Below are positions 8,523-17,346 of a stretch of 29,543 bases of DNA, piece after piece. The translations under genes were made by a program, and so were the position numbers. The notes under the pieces are model-generated. The model saw only the letters and a list, made by a program, of their open reading frames with translations, did no database searches and had not been told where the DNA came from. The DNA is from a bacterium (lineage in GTDB: Bacteria > Zhuqueibacterota > QNDG01 > DTFT01), in the NCBI GenBank assembly GCA_041306805.1, contig JBFZEN010000151.1, forward strand, positions 1-29,543. The letters run 5' to 3'. Every line of letters starts with the position of its first letter. Position 1 is the first letter of the stretch.

Positions 8523-9923
8523 TCAATTCCCGTACGGCCGGGTGAAATCGGTGAACGGGCTGGGAGGCCAGACCCACGTTTCCACGGGATCGGGACGGCC
8601 CGGGTCAAAGATCCCGGCATCTTCCGCCAGGTATCCGGCCAGCCCGGGGAGGCTTGAGCGGATGCCGTTCACCACGCATTTGGCCAGTTCATAGGCTCCG
8701 TACGGATTGAAGTGCGTGTTGTCCTTGAGTTCGCCCCGCTGGTCCGGAAACGTGCCTGCGGGGTAATGCACGAAAGCCCCGGCGGATTTTTCGGGTCCGA
8801 GCGCCTCGTAGAACGCCTTGCTCATGGCATTCAGGTCGATGAGCGGGGTTTTTTCCTCCGCGGCCGTACGGCGCACGGCTTCCGGATAATCCCCCAGGGT
8901 ATTGACGACGGCGCCCGTGCTGTCGAAATTCCGCCTGTGCACGGACGTGACAAGAACGGGCGTGGCGCCCTTCTTGCGCGTCTCGCGGATGAAATGCCTG
9001 AGACAGTCCTGATAGGACGTGAACGGGTCCGCGTGCGCGGCCCCCGGTTTCTGGTCGTTGTGAGCGAATTCCACGAACAGGTAATCGCCCGGCTTCATGG
9101 CTGTAAGTATTTTTTCAAGCCGGTTCCGGGCCATGAAGCTTTTCAGGGCCTCGCCCGATTCCGCGTGGTTGGCCACGGCGACTCCGGCCTTGAAAAAGCG
9201 CGGAATCATCTGGCCCCACGACGCCCAGGGTTCCCGCGTCTGGTCGGTGACCGTGGAATTGCCCGCCAGGTAAACGGTCACGGCTGAATCCGACCGCCTG
9301 ATGTCGAGGCTGCGAAGGCAGGGCCTCGGGCCGTTGAATTCCAGCGTGAGCTTGTCGTCCCAGTGAAACACGCCGATTTCACGCGGATTCAATTTTACGT
9401 TCCCGCTGTCGGACAGGCGCGGGGTCCGGATGTTGACCGTGAATTTCCGGACCGCGACCGCTCCGTTCTCCGTGCGGACGTTCTCGAGCATCAGCCTTCG
9501 CGACTCGGCCCGGACCGTCGCGGCGGACTCCCCGTTTGCATCGCCCAGTTCGACGGTGACGTCGTAATTGCCCTCAGGCAGTCTGACGGAGAATAAAAAG
9601 GGTTTGATGCCGGTGCAGAATCCGCCCTTGAGCGGGTCCGCGGCGGATGGCCGGATGAAACGGACGCCCGAGATGTCTTCGAACCCGTAACCGAGACCCG
9701 ATGAATAGGGAACGGCTTCGAAAACGCGGATGCCGCCTTCATTGACCGGGGAAGACGGATTGAAAACAAAACGGCGGCTTGCCCGGCCTGAATCGCCGGC
9801 GCCGCCGGATCGAATGGACGCGCCGTCCTGTTTAAGGACCCCGGTCCGGCATCCCTGGTCCGCAATCCCTGAAATCAGCGATAGAACGATGATCGGTACC
9901 CATGTCCGTTTTGTTCCTGCCAT
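8523..9923 (-). CDS. CE12 rhamnogalacturonan acetylesterase with N-terminal galactose-binding-like domain
   Basis: YLAGNST, NHAESG, FAHND and DNTHF SGNH motifs; N-terminal YGFE...FSVRLPEGNYDVTV beta-sandwich; GAGGA SD before ATG 9923. The longer track ORF begins inside a repeat element. Confidence 0.88.
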   Translation of the reverse strand: MAGTKRTWVPIIVLSLISGIADQGCRTGVLKQDGASIRSGGAGDSGRASRRFVFNPSSPVNEGGIRVFEAVPYSSGLGYGFEDISGVRFIRPSAADPLKGGFCTGIKPFLFSVRLPEGNYDVTVELGDANGESAATVRAESRRLMLENVRTENGAVAVRKFTVNIRTPRLSDSGNVKLNPREIGVFHWDDKLTLEFNGPRPCLRSLDIRRSDSAVTVYLAGNSTVTDQTREPWASWGQMIPRFFKAGVAVANHAESGEALKSFMARNRLEKILTAMKPGDYLFVEFAHNDQKPGAAHADPFTSYQDCLRHFIRETRKKGATPVLVTSVHRRNFDSTGAVVNTLGDYPEAVRRTAAEEKTPLIDLNAMSKAFYEALGPEKSAGAFVHYPAGTFPDQRGELKDNTHFNPYGAYELAKCVVNGIRSSLPGLAGYLAEDAGIFDPGRPDPVETWVWPPSPFTDFTRPYGN

Positions 9924-9997
9924 CAGGAATTCCTCTTTTATCATGGAAATTGAAACCATCGTCTGGCCGCCAACACCGGAATCGGCCCGAAAGAGAC

Positions 9998-10090
9998 AAC
10001 CACGGATAAAAACCACGGAAACACACGGATCGGTTATTGTTAATCTTTTGATTCAGTCCACCTGATTCCGTGGCGATTCCATGATTTCGG
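9998..10090. repeat. Intergenic element with inverted CACGGA/TCCGTG arms
   Basis: CACGGA at 10001, 10014 and 10024; opposing GATTCCGTGG (10064) and GATTCCATGA (10075); ~30 bp AT-rich core. Confidence 0.65.
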
Positions 10091-10096
10091 AACTAC

Positions 10097-10142
10097 CCCC
10101 TTGTGGGACTTGTCCCCTTGTGGGACTTGTCCCCTTGTGGGA
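10097..10142. repeat. 17-bp tandem repeat x2.7, each unit a GTCCC-N5-GGGAC hairpin (REP-like)
   Basis: ccccttgtgggacttgt at 10097 and 10114, partial copy 10131-10142; abuts the GH105 TGA (10143-10145). Confidence 0.9.
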
Positions 10143-11633
10143 TCAGGGCATGGATTCCCTGTTCCCCTGGTTGATCTGAACGGCGCCGTCGTTGATGATC
10201 AGCGGTTTGTTTTTCCTGAGCAGAATCATTTCGGAACCGGCAAGCAGGACGGGTCCGTACCCGTGCGCGGCGAATACGCCGGCCGGACGGTAGTAATAAA
10301 AGGCCGGGTCGAAACCCATGCCCGTTCCCACGCATGTGCCCTCCACCTGCCCCTCGGCATTGACCTTGGTGGTGACGGCGTTCCATCCGAGCTGGACGGC
10401 CGGGGCATAGGCCAGAGCGTCTATCCATCCGCGGTTGATGGCGCGGGCCATGCCGAATACGAACATGGCCGAGGCCGAGGTCTCGAGGTATGAATCGTTC
10501 CGGTCCAGGAGCTGGTTCCACAGCCCGTTTCCCGACTGGCATGCGGCCAGCCCGCGGAGATGCGCCCGCAGCTGGTTGAGCACGGCGCTGCGCCCTTTGT
10601 GCTTTTCGGGAAGCACGTCGAGCAATTCCGTCATGGCCAGAACGGCCCAGCCGTTGGCCCGGGCCCAGTGGAATGCGGGGTGCGGCTGCATGGCCTTGAC
10701 CCAGCCGTGCATGTAAAGCCCTTTTTCCTTGACGAACATGCGGTCCGAGAACTGAAGAATTTGTTTAACCGCGTCGTCGAAATATTTTGTTTCGCCCGTC
10801 AGTTTCCCCATCTGGGCCAGCGCGGGAACGCTCATGTACAGGTCGTCGAGCCACAGCGTCTCCGGCTGGGGCCGGCTGCGCGCCAGCGTGCCGTCCTCGA
10901 GGCGCTGCTGTTTCGTGCCGATGTATCGGATATAATTGTCTATCAGAGGCCTCAGACCGCCGCCTCCGCCCGCGCGGAGCATCTTGATCATGGCGGCGCA
11001 CATGGAACCGCTGTCGTCGAGGCTGCGCGGATCCAGAACCGACCTGAACGGCGTTCTCGCCCCGGGTTCGGCCTGCACGCGTGACCTGAAGGCGGGGGCA
11101 AGATCGGCGATGAACCCGAGCCGTTTGTCCGCGTATTGCCTGAACAGCGTGTCGCCCGTGGCCTCGGCCGCGAGCAGCATGCCCGAGTACGTGACTCCCC
11201 ACTCGTAACTGATGATCTGAAACGGCCCGGAATCCATCATGGCTTCGGCCCCGGGATTTGCCTTGTCCGTGATTTCCTCGCGCGTCTGCCGGTTCACCAG
11301 TCTGGCCGGGCTGTTGGCCTCCAGATAGACCCGGATCCGGTTCAGGACTTGCGCGATTTCCTCGACCTTCATCTGGCCGTAGGGCACAGGATATTCCGGA
11401 CGCAGGCGCCCGGGAAACATGGGGCGCGCGCCCGGCGGCAGATCCGGTAAAGCCGGAGGACGAGCCGCGGCGTCCTGCGGAAGCGGCGGCCTATTCTCAT
11501 TCGGCATAGACGCCCTGGTCACGGCATCCGACCTGACTTCCTGCGCCGGACAGTCAGCCGGTAAAACAAGCCAGGGGGTCACTAGGATTCCAATAATTGC
11601 AGGAATCATTTTTAATGTATATTTTTTATCCAT
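10143..11633 (-). CDS. GH105 unsaturated rhamnogalacturonyl hydrolase with Pro-rich N-terminal extension
   Basis: SYEWGVTY, LDDSGSM, LWLDDLYM, WARANGW, YLETSASAM and CVGTG motifs; signal peptide; AGGAGG SD. Confidence 0.9.
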   Translation of the reverse strand: MDKKYTLKMIPAIIGILVTPWLVLPADCPAQEVRSDAVTRASMPNENRPPLPQDAAARPPALPDLPPGARPMFPGRLRPEYPVPYGQMKVEEIAQVLNRIRVYLEANSPARLVNRQTREEITDKANPGAEAMMDSGPFQIISYEWGVTYSGMLLAAEATGDTLFRQYADKRLGFIADLAPAFRSRVQAEPGARTPFRSVLDPRSLDDSGSMCAAMIKMLRAGGGGGLRPLIDNYIRYIGTKQQRLEDGTLARSRPQPETLWLDDLYMSVPALAQMGKLTGETKYFDDAVKQILQFSDRMFVKEKGLYMHGWVKAMQPHPAFHWARANGWAVLAMTELLDVLPEKHKGRSAVLNQLRAHLRGLAACQSGNGLWNQLLDRNDSYLETSASAMFVFGMARAINRGWIDALAYAPAVQLGWNAVTTKVNAEGQVEGTCVGTGMGFDPAFYYYRPAGVFAAHGYGPVLLAGSEMILLRKNKPLIINDGAVQINQGNRESMP

Positions 11634-11650
11634 GACTGCCTCCTGATGAT

Positions 11651-11845
11651 AAACACCGAATCACGCTGAAATCACCGAAAAAGATAGCAATAATTTATAA
11701 TACCCCGGGATAATATTTTTATGATCCAATATATATTTATTCATCCATGTCAATCCATATCATGATAAAAACATCGGTTGGCGATTTATATGTTTCAGTG
11801 TTTTCGGTGATTTTCGGTGTTGAATTCGCATTTCAGTGTTTCGGG
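11651..11845. repeat. Intergenic ~170-195 bp element with inverted ~10-mer arms around an AT-rich core
   Basis: Left arm aaacaccgaa tcacgctgaa atcaccgaaa (11651-11680). Right arm tttcagtg ttttcggtga ttttcggtgtt (11793-11821; reverse complement aacaccgaaaatcaccgaaaacactgaaa), plus an extra tttcagtgtttcgg at 11831-11844. Confidence 0.8.
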
Positions 11846-11872
11846 TTATTGAACGCTTCCCGGTCGATTCCA

Positions 11873-13519
11873 TTAAAAATACCTGAACTCGACCCGGTCA
11901 ACGCGTTTGTCTGAAAGCCCCGGGCATTCGTGCATGCGGATGTTTCCGGAGTTTTTCAGCACGAATGGCGAAACGCCCTTTTCGCGCACCGTTTCGACGT
12001 GGTCGAAAACGGCTCCCGACACGTCGTCCATGACGATTGCGGGCCGCATGTCCTTTTCCATGACGCCGATCCGGACGTGGTCCATGCGGATGCCTTTCGC
12101 GTGGCGGATGAACCATCCGTGGGCCGGCGTGACGCCGAACATGCTCGGCTCGGGGTAGGCGTTTTCCTTTTCAGCCGGCTGCGCCGCGGCCTCCTCTCGG
12201 GTGCCCCCGCCGCGCGACAGAATCCGGATGTGGCTCAGGCTGACGTCTTCGACCGGATGCCCGGGCATGCCCGCGATGATGGATGCATAGCGCGGATCGG
12301 CGCCGTACACCGTGACGTTGCTGATCGTGACCCTTTTGAGCGACCCGGGCGGAATGCCTTCGGGGCCGCGCATGCGGGCGCCCAGCCTCAGGAAGAACGG
12401 GGCGTTCACGATGTCGCGCATGGTGATGTTGGTGACCACCACGTCCTCGAGCATGGCCCCGTCCACGGTTTCAAGCGCGAGACCCCGGCAGCGTTCGAAC
12501 ACGCAATTCGAAATCGCGATGTTCCTGAATCCCCCGTTCGACTCCGTGCCGAGCTTGATGCGTCCCGTCACGCCGTCGCGGTCGGGCGCGAGCTCCTGGG
12601 TTTTCCCGAACGTTCCGTTCAGAACGGTGCCCAAATCGTAACCGCTGACCATGCAGTTGGTGACGGCGACGTTTTCCGTGTACCGGGGAAAACCGAGGGC
12701 ATAGGAGCTTTTGATGACGATGGCGTCGTCGTTGGGTGAATTCACCCGGCAGTTCGAAATGGACACATTGCGGCAGCAGTCAATGTCGAATCCGTCGCGG
12801 TTGGTGTCGACCTGGAGGTTGTCGAGGGTGAGGTTGTCCACGCCCGTGGCGAGCAGGGCGAAGTGCCCGCATTTCAGCATGGAAAAATCGCGGAGGGTGA
12901 CATTGCGGCAGTTTTTCAGCGCGATGGCCTTGTTGCCCAGCCCGTCCATGCCCTTGAACTGCGCGTCGGCCCCCGAAGGCAGCTCGGGACGTACGGCCAC
13001 CGGATCGGGTTTGTCGAGCAAAGTGGTCGGCGTGTCCCCCGCCTTCACGGGACGCCTTGCCCCCGGTCCCATGCGCGTCAGTCCTTTCCCGTCGATCAGC
13101 CCGGGGCCGAGAATGGAGATGTTTTCAAGTCCCTCCCCCCAGATCAGACTGTTCCTCCAGTGGCTGTGTCCGAAATCCTGGTACATGTCCCAGGCATTGG
13201 GCTCGGGCCTGTCGTAGCTTCCCAGTCCCTCCGCCGGATCTCCGGCCAGAATGACGCACCCCCTGTCGAGGTAGAGCGATACGTTGCTTTTCAAACGGAT
13301 GGTGAAACACAGGTATGTCCCCGCGGGAAAAAACACCGTGCCTCCACCGGACGCGTTCGCCGAATCGACGGCGCTGTTCACGGCGGGCGTGTCCACGGTC
13401 TTCCCGTCGCCTCTGGCGCCGTATGTCATTACGTTGAACACAGGCGGGAAAGTTTGCGCGTTTGCCAGACATCCGGCCAGTACGAATCCGACGCACAGGC
13501 TGAAAAAACGTTTTTTCAT
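11873..13519 (-). CDS. GH28 (rhamno)galacturonidase, secreted
   Basis: FNVMTYGARGDGKTVDT, NRDGFDIDCC, PNDDAIVIKS and RIKLGTES GH28 motifs; signal peptide; GAGG SD. Confidence 0.92.
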   Translation of the reverse strand: MKKRFFSLCVGFVLAGCLANAQTFPPVFNVMTYGARGDGKTVDTPAVNSAVDSANASGGGTVFFPAGTYLCFTIRLKSNVSLYLDRGCVILAGDPAEGLGSYDRPEPNAWDMYQDFGHSHWRNSLIWGEGLENISILGPGLIDGKGLTRMGPGARRPVKAGDTPTTLLDKPDPVAVRPELPSGADAQFKGMDGLGNKAIALKNCRNVTLRDFSMLKCGHFALLATGVDNLTLDNLQVDTNRDGFDIDCCRNVSISNCRVNSPNDDAIVIKSSYALGFPRYTENVAVTNCMVSGYDLGTVLNGTFGKTQELAPDRDGVTGRIKLGTESNGGFRNIAISNCVFERCRGLALETVDGAMLEDVVVTNITMRDIVNAPFFLRLGARMRGPEGIPPGSLKRVTISNVTVYGADPRYASIIAGMPGHPVEDVSLSHIRILSRGGGTREEAAAQPAEKENAYPEPSMFGVTPAHGWFIRHAKGIRMDHVRIGVMEKDMRPAIVMDDVSGAVFDHVETVREKGVSPFVLKNSGNIRMHECPGLSDKRVDRVEFRYF

Positions 13520-13573
13520 GAATCATGCCTCTTGGTTGGATGGCTGCCATGGAGCGATCCTATCGGTCCATTT

Positions 13574-13628
13574 ATTTTGAATTTTTGCATTGTCATTTTA
13601 CATTTTGATCTTTGATTTTTGATTTTAC
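13574..13628 (-). repeat. TCAAAAA heptad element, copy 2
   Basis: Sense strand gtaaaa tcaaaaa tcaaaga tcaaaat gtaaaa tgacaat gcaaaaa ttcaaaat. Confidence 0.85.
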
Positions 13629-13680
13629 AATACGGGTGTCAGCCGGACATTGTTCAGAATTGTGCATCGGACACCCCTCA

Positions 13681-14826
13681 TCAGAGAGCATAAATCGCGC
13701 TGCCGGCAAGGAGGAAGCAGCCCACGCCGAAATCGTCGTGATTCGGCTCCTGATCATAGCCGACGGGCTGGCTGTCCTTCGGTTCCTTTCCCGTGCCCTG
13801 CACAAATCCCAGAAAACCATCCGGGTGCACGGAGTGGGCGGCCATGGCATTCCATGCCTTGACCGCGATTGGCAGATACTTTTCCTTTTTCAGATGCCCG
13901 TTCCTGACTCCCCAGGCCATGCCGTAGGTGATCAGGGCCGTGCCGGTCAGTTCCTTCCCGCCGAAATGCGTGGAATCGTGAAGGCTGACGTTCCAGTAGC
14001 CGTCGGATCTTTGAACGGCCGCGAGCGCGGGGGCCATTTCCCTGAATGTCTGAAGGTACTCTTCCCGGTGAGGGGCGTCGGACGGCAGAATGTCCAGAAC
14101 CCGCACCAGGGCGGCGAATACCCATCCGTTTCCCCTCGACCAATAGCAATTCTTCCCGTTGGGTTCCTGATAGGGCGGAACAAAATCCTTGTCCCTCCAC
14201 CACAAATGGTCCTTGAGGCTGTAGAGACCGTTCGTTCCGTGGAACGCCTTTGTATATATGTACAAATCATACATTTTTTGGAAATAGGCCTTGTCCTCAT
14301 AGATGACTCCAAGCCTGGCGAAGACGGGCATGGCCATCTGCAGGGCGTCTATCCACCACCAGTCGTCGATTTTCGGGCTGTTCACCATGCTGTCCATGGA
14401 TGCCTTGATATCTTGGATCCGTTCCGGTTTCGGGTCCATGAGGAAAAGATCGATATACGCCTGTCCGCAGCACTGGTTGTCCGCGTTCCGGGTGCGGATT
14501 CCGTCGCGAAGCCCCCACTGGTGATGTTCACCCCATTGCACCGCGTAGCCCAGGTATTCCGGTTTCGGATCGATCTGGTGCAGGGCCAGCAAACCTTCGT
14601 AATACACGGCCCTCGTCCAGATATTGCTGGGGCGTCTTCTGTCTGTGATGATGTCTTTCCCGGGATCGGGCCATTTCTTTATGAAATAGGCGTTGGCCAA
14701 TTCCATTTTCTCCACAATCTGTTTTTTATCGGGCAGGTTCTGCGCACGCCCCGGAAAGGGCTGGGTGGACAATAATAAAATGAAGAAAGGATACAACCAT
14801 TTCATTACAACGGATTTGCTGTTCAT
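13681..14826 (-). CDS. GH105 (GH88/105 fold) unsaturated glycuronyl hydrolase, second paralog
   Basis: WTRAVYYEG, ADNQCCGQ, WWWIDALQMAMP, YWSRGNGW, ELTGTA and FGVGCFLLAG motifs; strong AAGGAGG SD. Confidence 0.9.
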   Translation of the reverse strand: MNSKSVVMKWLYPFFILLLSTQPFPGRAQNLPDKKQIVEKMELANAYFIKKWPDPGKDIITDRRRPSNIWTRAVYYEGLLALHQIDPKPEYLGYAVQWGEHHQWGLRDGIRTRNADNQCCGQAYIDLFLMDPKPERIQDIKASMDSMVNSPKIDDWWWIDALQMAMPVFARLGVIYEDKAYFQKMYDLYIYTKAFHGTNGLYSLKDHLWWRDKDFVPPYQEPNGKNCYWSRGNGWVFAALVRVLDILPSDAPHREEYLQTFREMAPALAAVQRSDGYWNVSLHDSTHFGGKELTGTALITYGMAWGVRNGHLKKEKYLPIAVKAWNAMAAHSVHPDGFLGFVQGTGKEPKDSQPVGYDQEPNHDDFGVGCFLLAGSAIYAL

Positions 14827-14846
14827 GCGCGTTCCTCCTTGTCTGA

Positions 14847-15977
14847 TTATTTCAATTGGACGTCCCAGACTTTGGACCGCCGCGATTTTCCGTCCGGACC
14901 TTCCACGTCGAGCACGACGATATACGATCCGGCTTTGGAATAGGCATGGATCGGATTCTGTTCAGCGGATGTCGCGCCGTCTCCGAAATCCCACTTCCAC
15001 GAGGCGATGCGGCCGCGCGACATGTCCTTGAACGCCACGAGTTTCCGGGTCATGTCGATGACGGCGAAAGACCATTGGGCCTCCACCGGCTTCAGAAACC
15101 GCGTTTCAAGGGGCATGAGCCTGAAGGCGACGAGTTCGGACGCGTCGCCGTACATGGTGTGTTTCCGGGACAGATTCCAGAATCCGTTGTTGCCGCGAGC
15201 CGCGGCGCCGTCGTAGTCGATGACGGCCCATGAAAGGCCGATGAGTTTGTTTTCCCGAAGGATGGATTCGACGCCGCGCCCGGGGCCCTCGGCCCCTGCG
15301 TAGTCGAAGGGCGTGATCCAGAATTCGAGGACGAGCCTGCCGGGCTGCCCCGGCCGGAAATCGTATGAACAGGCTGCGTTCGCATACGGCATATCCTTGA
15401 CCCACACCGCCGCGCCCCAGGCCAGTGCCCAGTCCTTGTCCCCGGCCGGCGTGAAGATGTGGTAATTCTGCGCGTGCGTTCCGTGGAAAGACCAGTGGGC
15501 TTCCCCCGCATCGATGCGCACGTCCGGGACGGACCTGCTCTTGCCCACCATGTCGGGCATCCAGACGTCCGGATGCCCGCGATCTATCAGCGGCCCGCCC
15601 GACGCGTCTCCGTCCACCACGATTTCGAACGTGTCGTTGTGCAAAGTCGGGAGCGAAAAGTCCCAGTAGTCGTCATAGGCTTCATACAGAAAATACAGCC
15701 GGCTCATGCCGTCCACCCATCCCACGCGCACGCGTACGTCCAGATTCTTGGAATCGGGTGAGGGATGTTTTCCCGAGTCGTCCACGAGCTGCCCGGCGCC
15801 GACGGCATAGCCTTCGGGAACCATGGACCAATCTTCCGTTTTCCCGTCGATCCGGGGAATCTGGTCGGCTGGAAACTGAAAAACCTTGAATGTGGTATCG
15901 GGACGGCTGAAACACCAGGCCGGCGAAACGGCCAGAACAACCGTGATCAGGGGGAGAAAATTCCGGTGTGAGATCAT
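14847..15977 (-). CDS. Secreted CBM9/DOMON-like domain + PKD domain protein, function unknown
   Basis: Signal peptide; P.IDG...DW, VRVGW...RLYFLYEAYDD and DTFEIVVDGD are CBM9-like features; C-terminal FKDMS...SWKWDFGDG.TS.EQNP.H.Y...G.Y.V.L PKD consensus; GGAG SD before ATG 15977. Confidence 0.7.
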   Translation of the reverse strand: MISHRNFLPLITVVLAVSPAWCFSRPDTTFKVFQFPADQIPRIDGKTEDWSMVPEGYAVGAGQLVDDSGKHPSPDSKNLDVRVRVGWVDGMSRLYFLYEAYDDYWDFSLPTLHNDTFEIVVDGDASGGPLIDRGHPDVWMPDMVGKSRSVPDVRIDAGEAHWSFHGTHAQNYHIFTPAGDKDWALAWGAAVWVKDMPYANAACSYDFRPGQPGRLVLEFWITPFDYAGAEGPGRGVESILRENKLIGLSWAVIDYDGAAARGNNGFWNLSRKHTMYGDASELVAFRLMPLETRFLKPVEAQWSFAVIDMTRKLVAFKDMSRGRIASWKWDFGDGATSAEQNPIHAYSKAGSYIVVLDVEGPDGKSRRSKVWDVQLK

Positions 15978-16062
15978 ATGGTTCTCCAGCAAGAAATGGA
16001 CGCCCGGGGAAAAATAGGAAAATCCAATATGAAATTTTGTTCAGGATAGAAATTTATTTGTT

Positions 16063-16093
16063 CAAAGATACGATATTCACGGCATTTCTTCAA
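16063..16093 (-). promoter_or_regulatory. Putative sigma70 promoter for the PKD-to-PL11 operon
   Basis: TTGAAG (16093-16088), 17-bp spacer, TATCTT (16070-16065). TATCTTTG also fits the TAnnTTTG motif. Confidence 0.5.
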
Positions 16094-16147
16094 CTGTTTT
16101 TTTTTATTTTCCGGGGTCAAACCATTCAGGAAAAACCGTCTAAAAAT

Positions 16148-16188
16148 AAAGGCGCTCCGGGAACTGGTTTCTGTCACGGAGCGCCTTT
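16148..16188 (-). terminator. Intrinsic terminator after the ECF triad
   Basis: Perfect 12-bp inverted repeat aaaggcgctccg (16148-16159) / cggagcgccttt (16177-16188); on the minus strand the GC stem is followed by tttattttt. Confidence 0.8.
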
Positions 16189-16272
16189 TCCAACCGCAGT
16201 GTATTTCAGTCCTGGTTTTGCGTAATCCTCATCAAGTGCTGCTGATGTGTTTTCTATATATATGAAAGGCGT

Positions 16273-17346
16273 TCAGGCCGGCCGTTTTCTCAACACCGTC
16301 GTAAGAACCAGCCCCGCCAGCGCGGCCAGCAGCAATCCGCCGGTCACCCATATCGCCCATCCGTTCACCACGCGCGATTCCACGCGCATGACGTAGTCTT
16401 CCCAGAACAGCCTGTTCCCCTTGTACTTCCACACGGCCCGGTTCCCCTCCACGGTGGACGCGTTGGTGTCATAGATCAGGCCCGGCATGATGACGCTGTT
16501 TTCGTATGAATCCGAATTGAGGTCGAAAACGAATTCCTGCTTCTTAGCCAGCGATTTCATGACGTCATCCATGGGTCCTTTCCATCGGGTCACGGCCCTG
16601 CTCCTGTAGAACTTCGCAAGAAAAGCCGTCAATTCGGCCCCATTTTCGATATTATCGGAGTCAGCCCGCTTGAACGCCGCGAAAAGGCTGTCTTTGCTCG
16701 CACGGATCAACTCTGAGGTAAGCTTCTGATCGGGCATGGTTTCCGACGCGCGCACCAGGGCTGCGAACAATTCCTCGAAATAGGCCTTCCACAGCCACTG
16801 TTCGGTCTTTTCATCGAGATCCAAGGTGTCTTCGTCGATGTAATACATATCCAATTCTTCCCGTTTCAAGAAATCCTGTATCGGCGTGTTGGGATAAGGC
16901 CCGGCGGGTTTGATCGTTTCCGTGTATTCATAGAATGTATTAAACCACCTGAATTTTCTAACGAGACCGGCCTGCACCCTGACCTGCAGGGCGTCTTTCC
17001 CCTGCTTCTCATACAGCCGGTTCATGTCTGCCACTTTTCGAAACCGTTTCTGCGCGATGTTTCTCTTGTTGTCATTCCTTTCCGTCTTTTTTCCGCCTTT
17101 GACGCCGGTTGTCTTCCAGGTTGTATCTTTTTTGTGCGTGATCAACCAGGTCGAATCGACAGGCATGAAAAACGGCCCCGTGAAAACGGAATCCACGGCC
17201 GCCGAATCGCCGGGAACCTCGATGGTCCGCTCGCAGGATCCGTCTGGAAAAATCTTTGTGGTGGTCGTGATTTCCTTGCAGCCGGTAAGGGAGATCAGGA
17301 CGGCGACAGCCGAAAGCAATACCGTCAGCTTGAAGTGGATCTTCAT
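16273..17346 (-). CDS. Putative lipoprotein with additional C-terminal transmembrane anchor
   Basis: MKIHFKLTVLLSAVAVLISLTG-C lipobox; C-terminal hydrophobic helix WAIWVTGGLLLAALAGLVLTTVL followed by RKRPA; its ATG overlaps the anti-sigma stop (ATGA) and has a GGAGG SD. Confidence 0.75.
   Translation of the reverse strand: MKIHFKLTVLLSAVAVLISLTGCKEITTTTKIFPDGSCERTIEVPGDSAAVDSVFTGPFFMPVDSTWLITHKKDTTWKTTGVKGGKKTERNDNKRNIAQKRFRKVADMNRLYEKQGKDALQVRVQAGLVRKFRWFNTFYEYTETIKPAGPYPNTPIQDFLKREELDMYYIDEDTLDLDEKTEQWLWKAYFEELFAALVRASETMPDQKLTSELIRASKDSLFAAFKRADSDNIENGAELTAFLAKFYRSRAVTRWKGPMDDVMKSLAKKQEFVFDLNSDSYENSVIMPGLIYDTNASTVEGNRAVWKYKGNRLFWEDYVMRVESRVVNGWAIWVTGGLLLAALAGLVLTTVLRKRPA

Noticed and set aside
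9924-10016. Upstream extension MVFIRG... of the CE12 ORF
   Set aside because: It starts inside the inverted-arm repeat; Met at 9923 has an SD and a signal-like sequence.
10097-10142. Possible CRISPR array (also considered for 18782-18828)
   Set aside because: The repeats are directly tandem with no unique spacers, only 17-20 bp, and no cas genes are present.
15974-16432. Small ORFs 15968-16225, 15974-16177 and 16232-16432
   Set aside because: They overlap the terminator, promoter or lipoprotein 3' end, with no SD or recognisable motifs.
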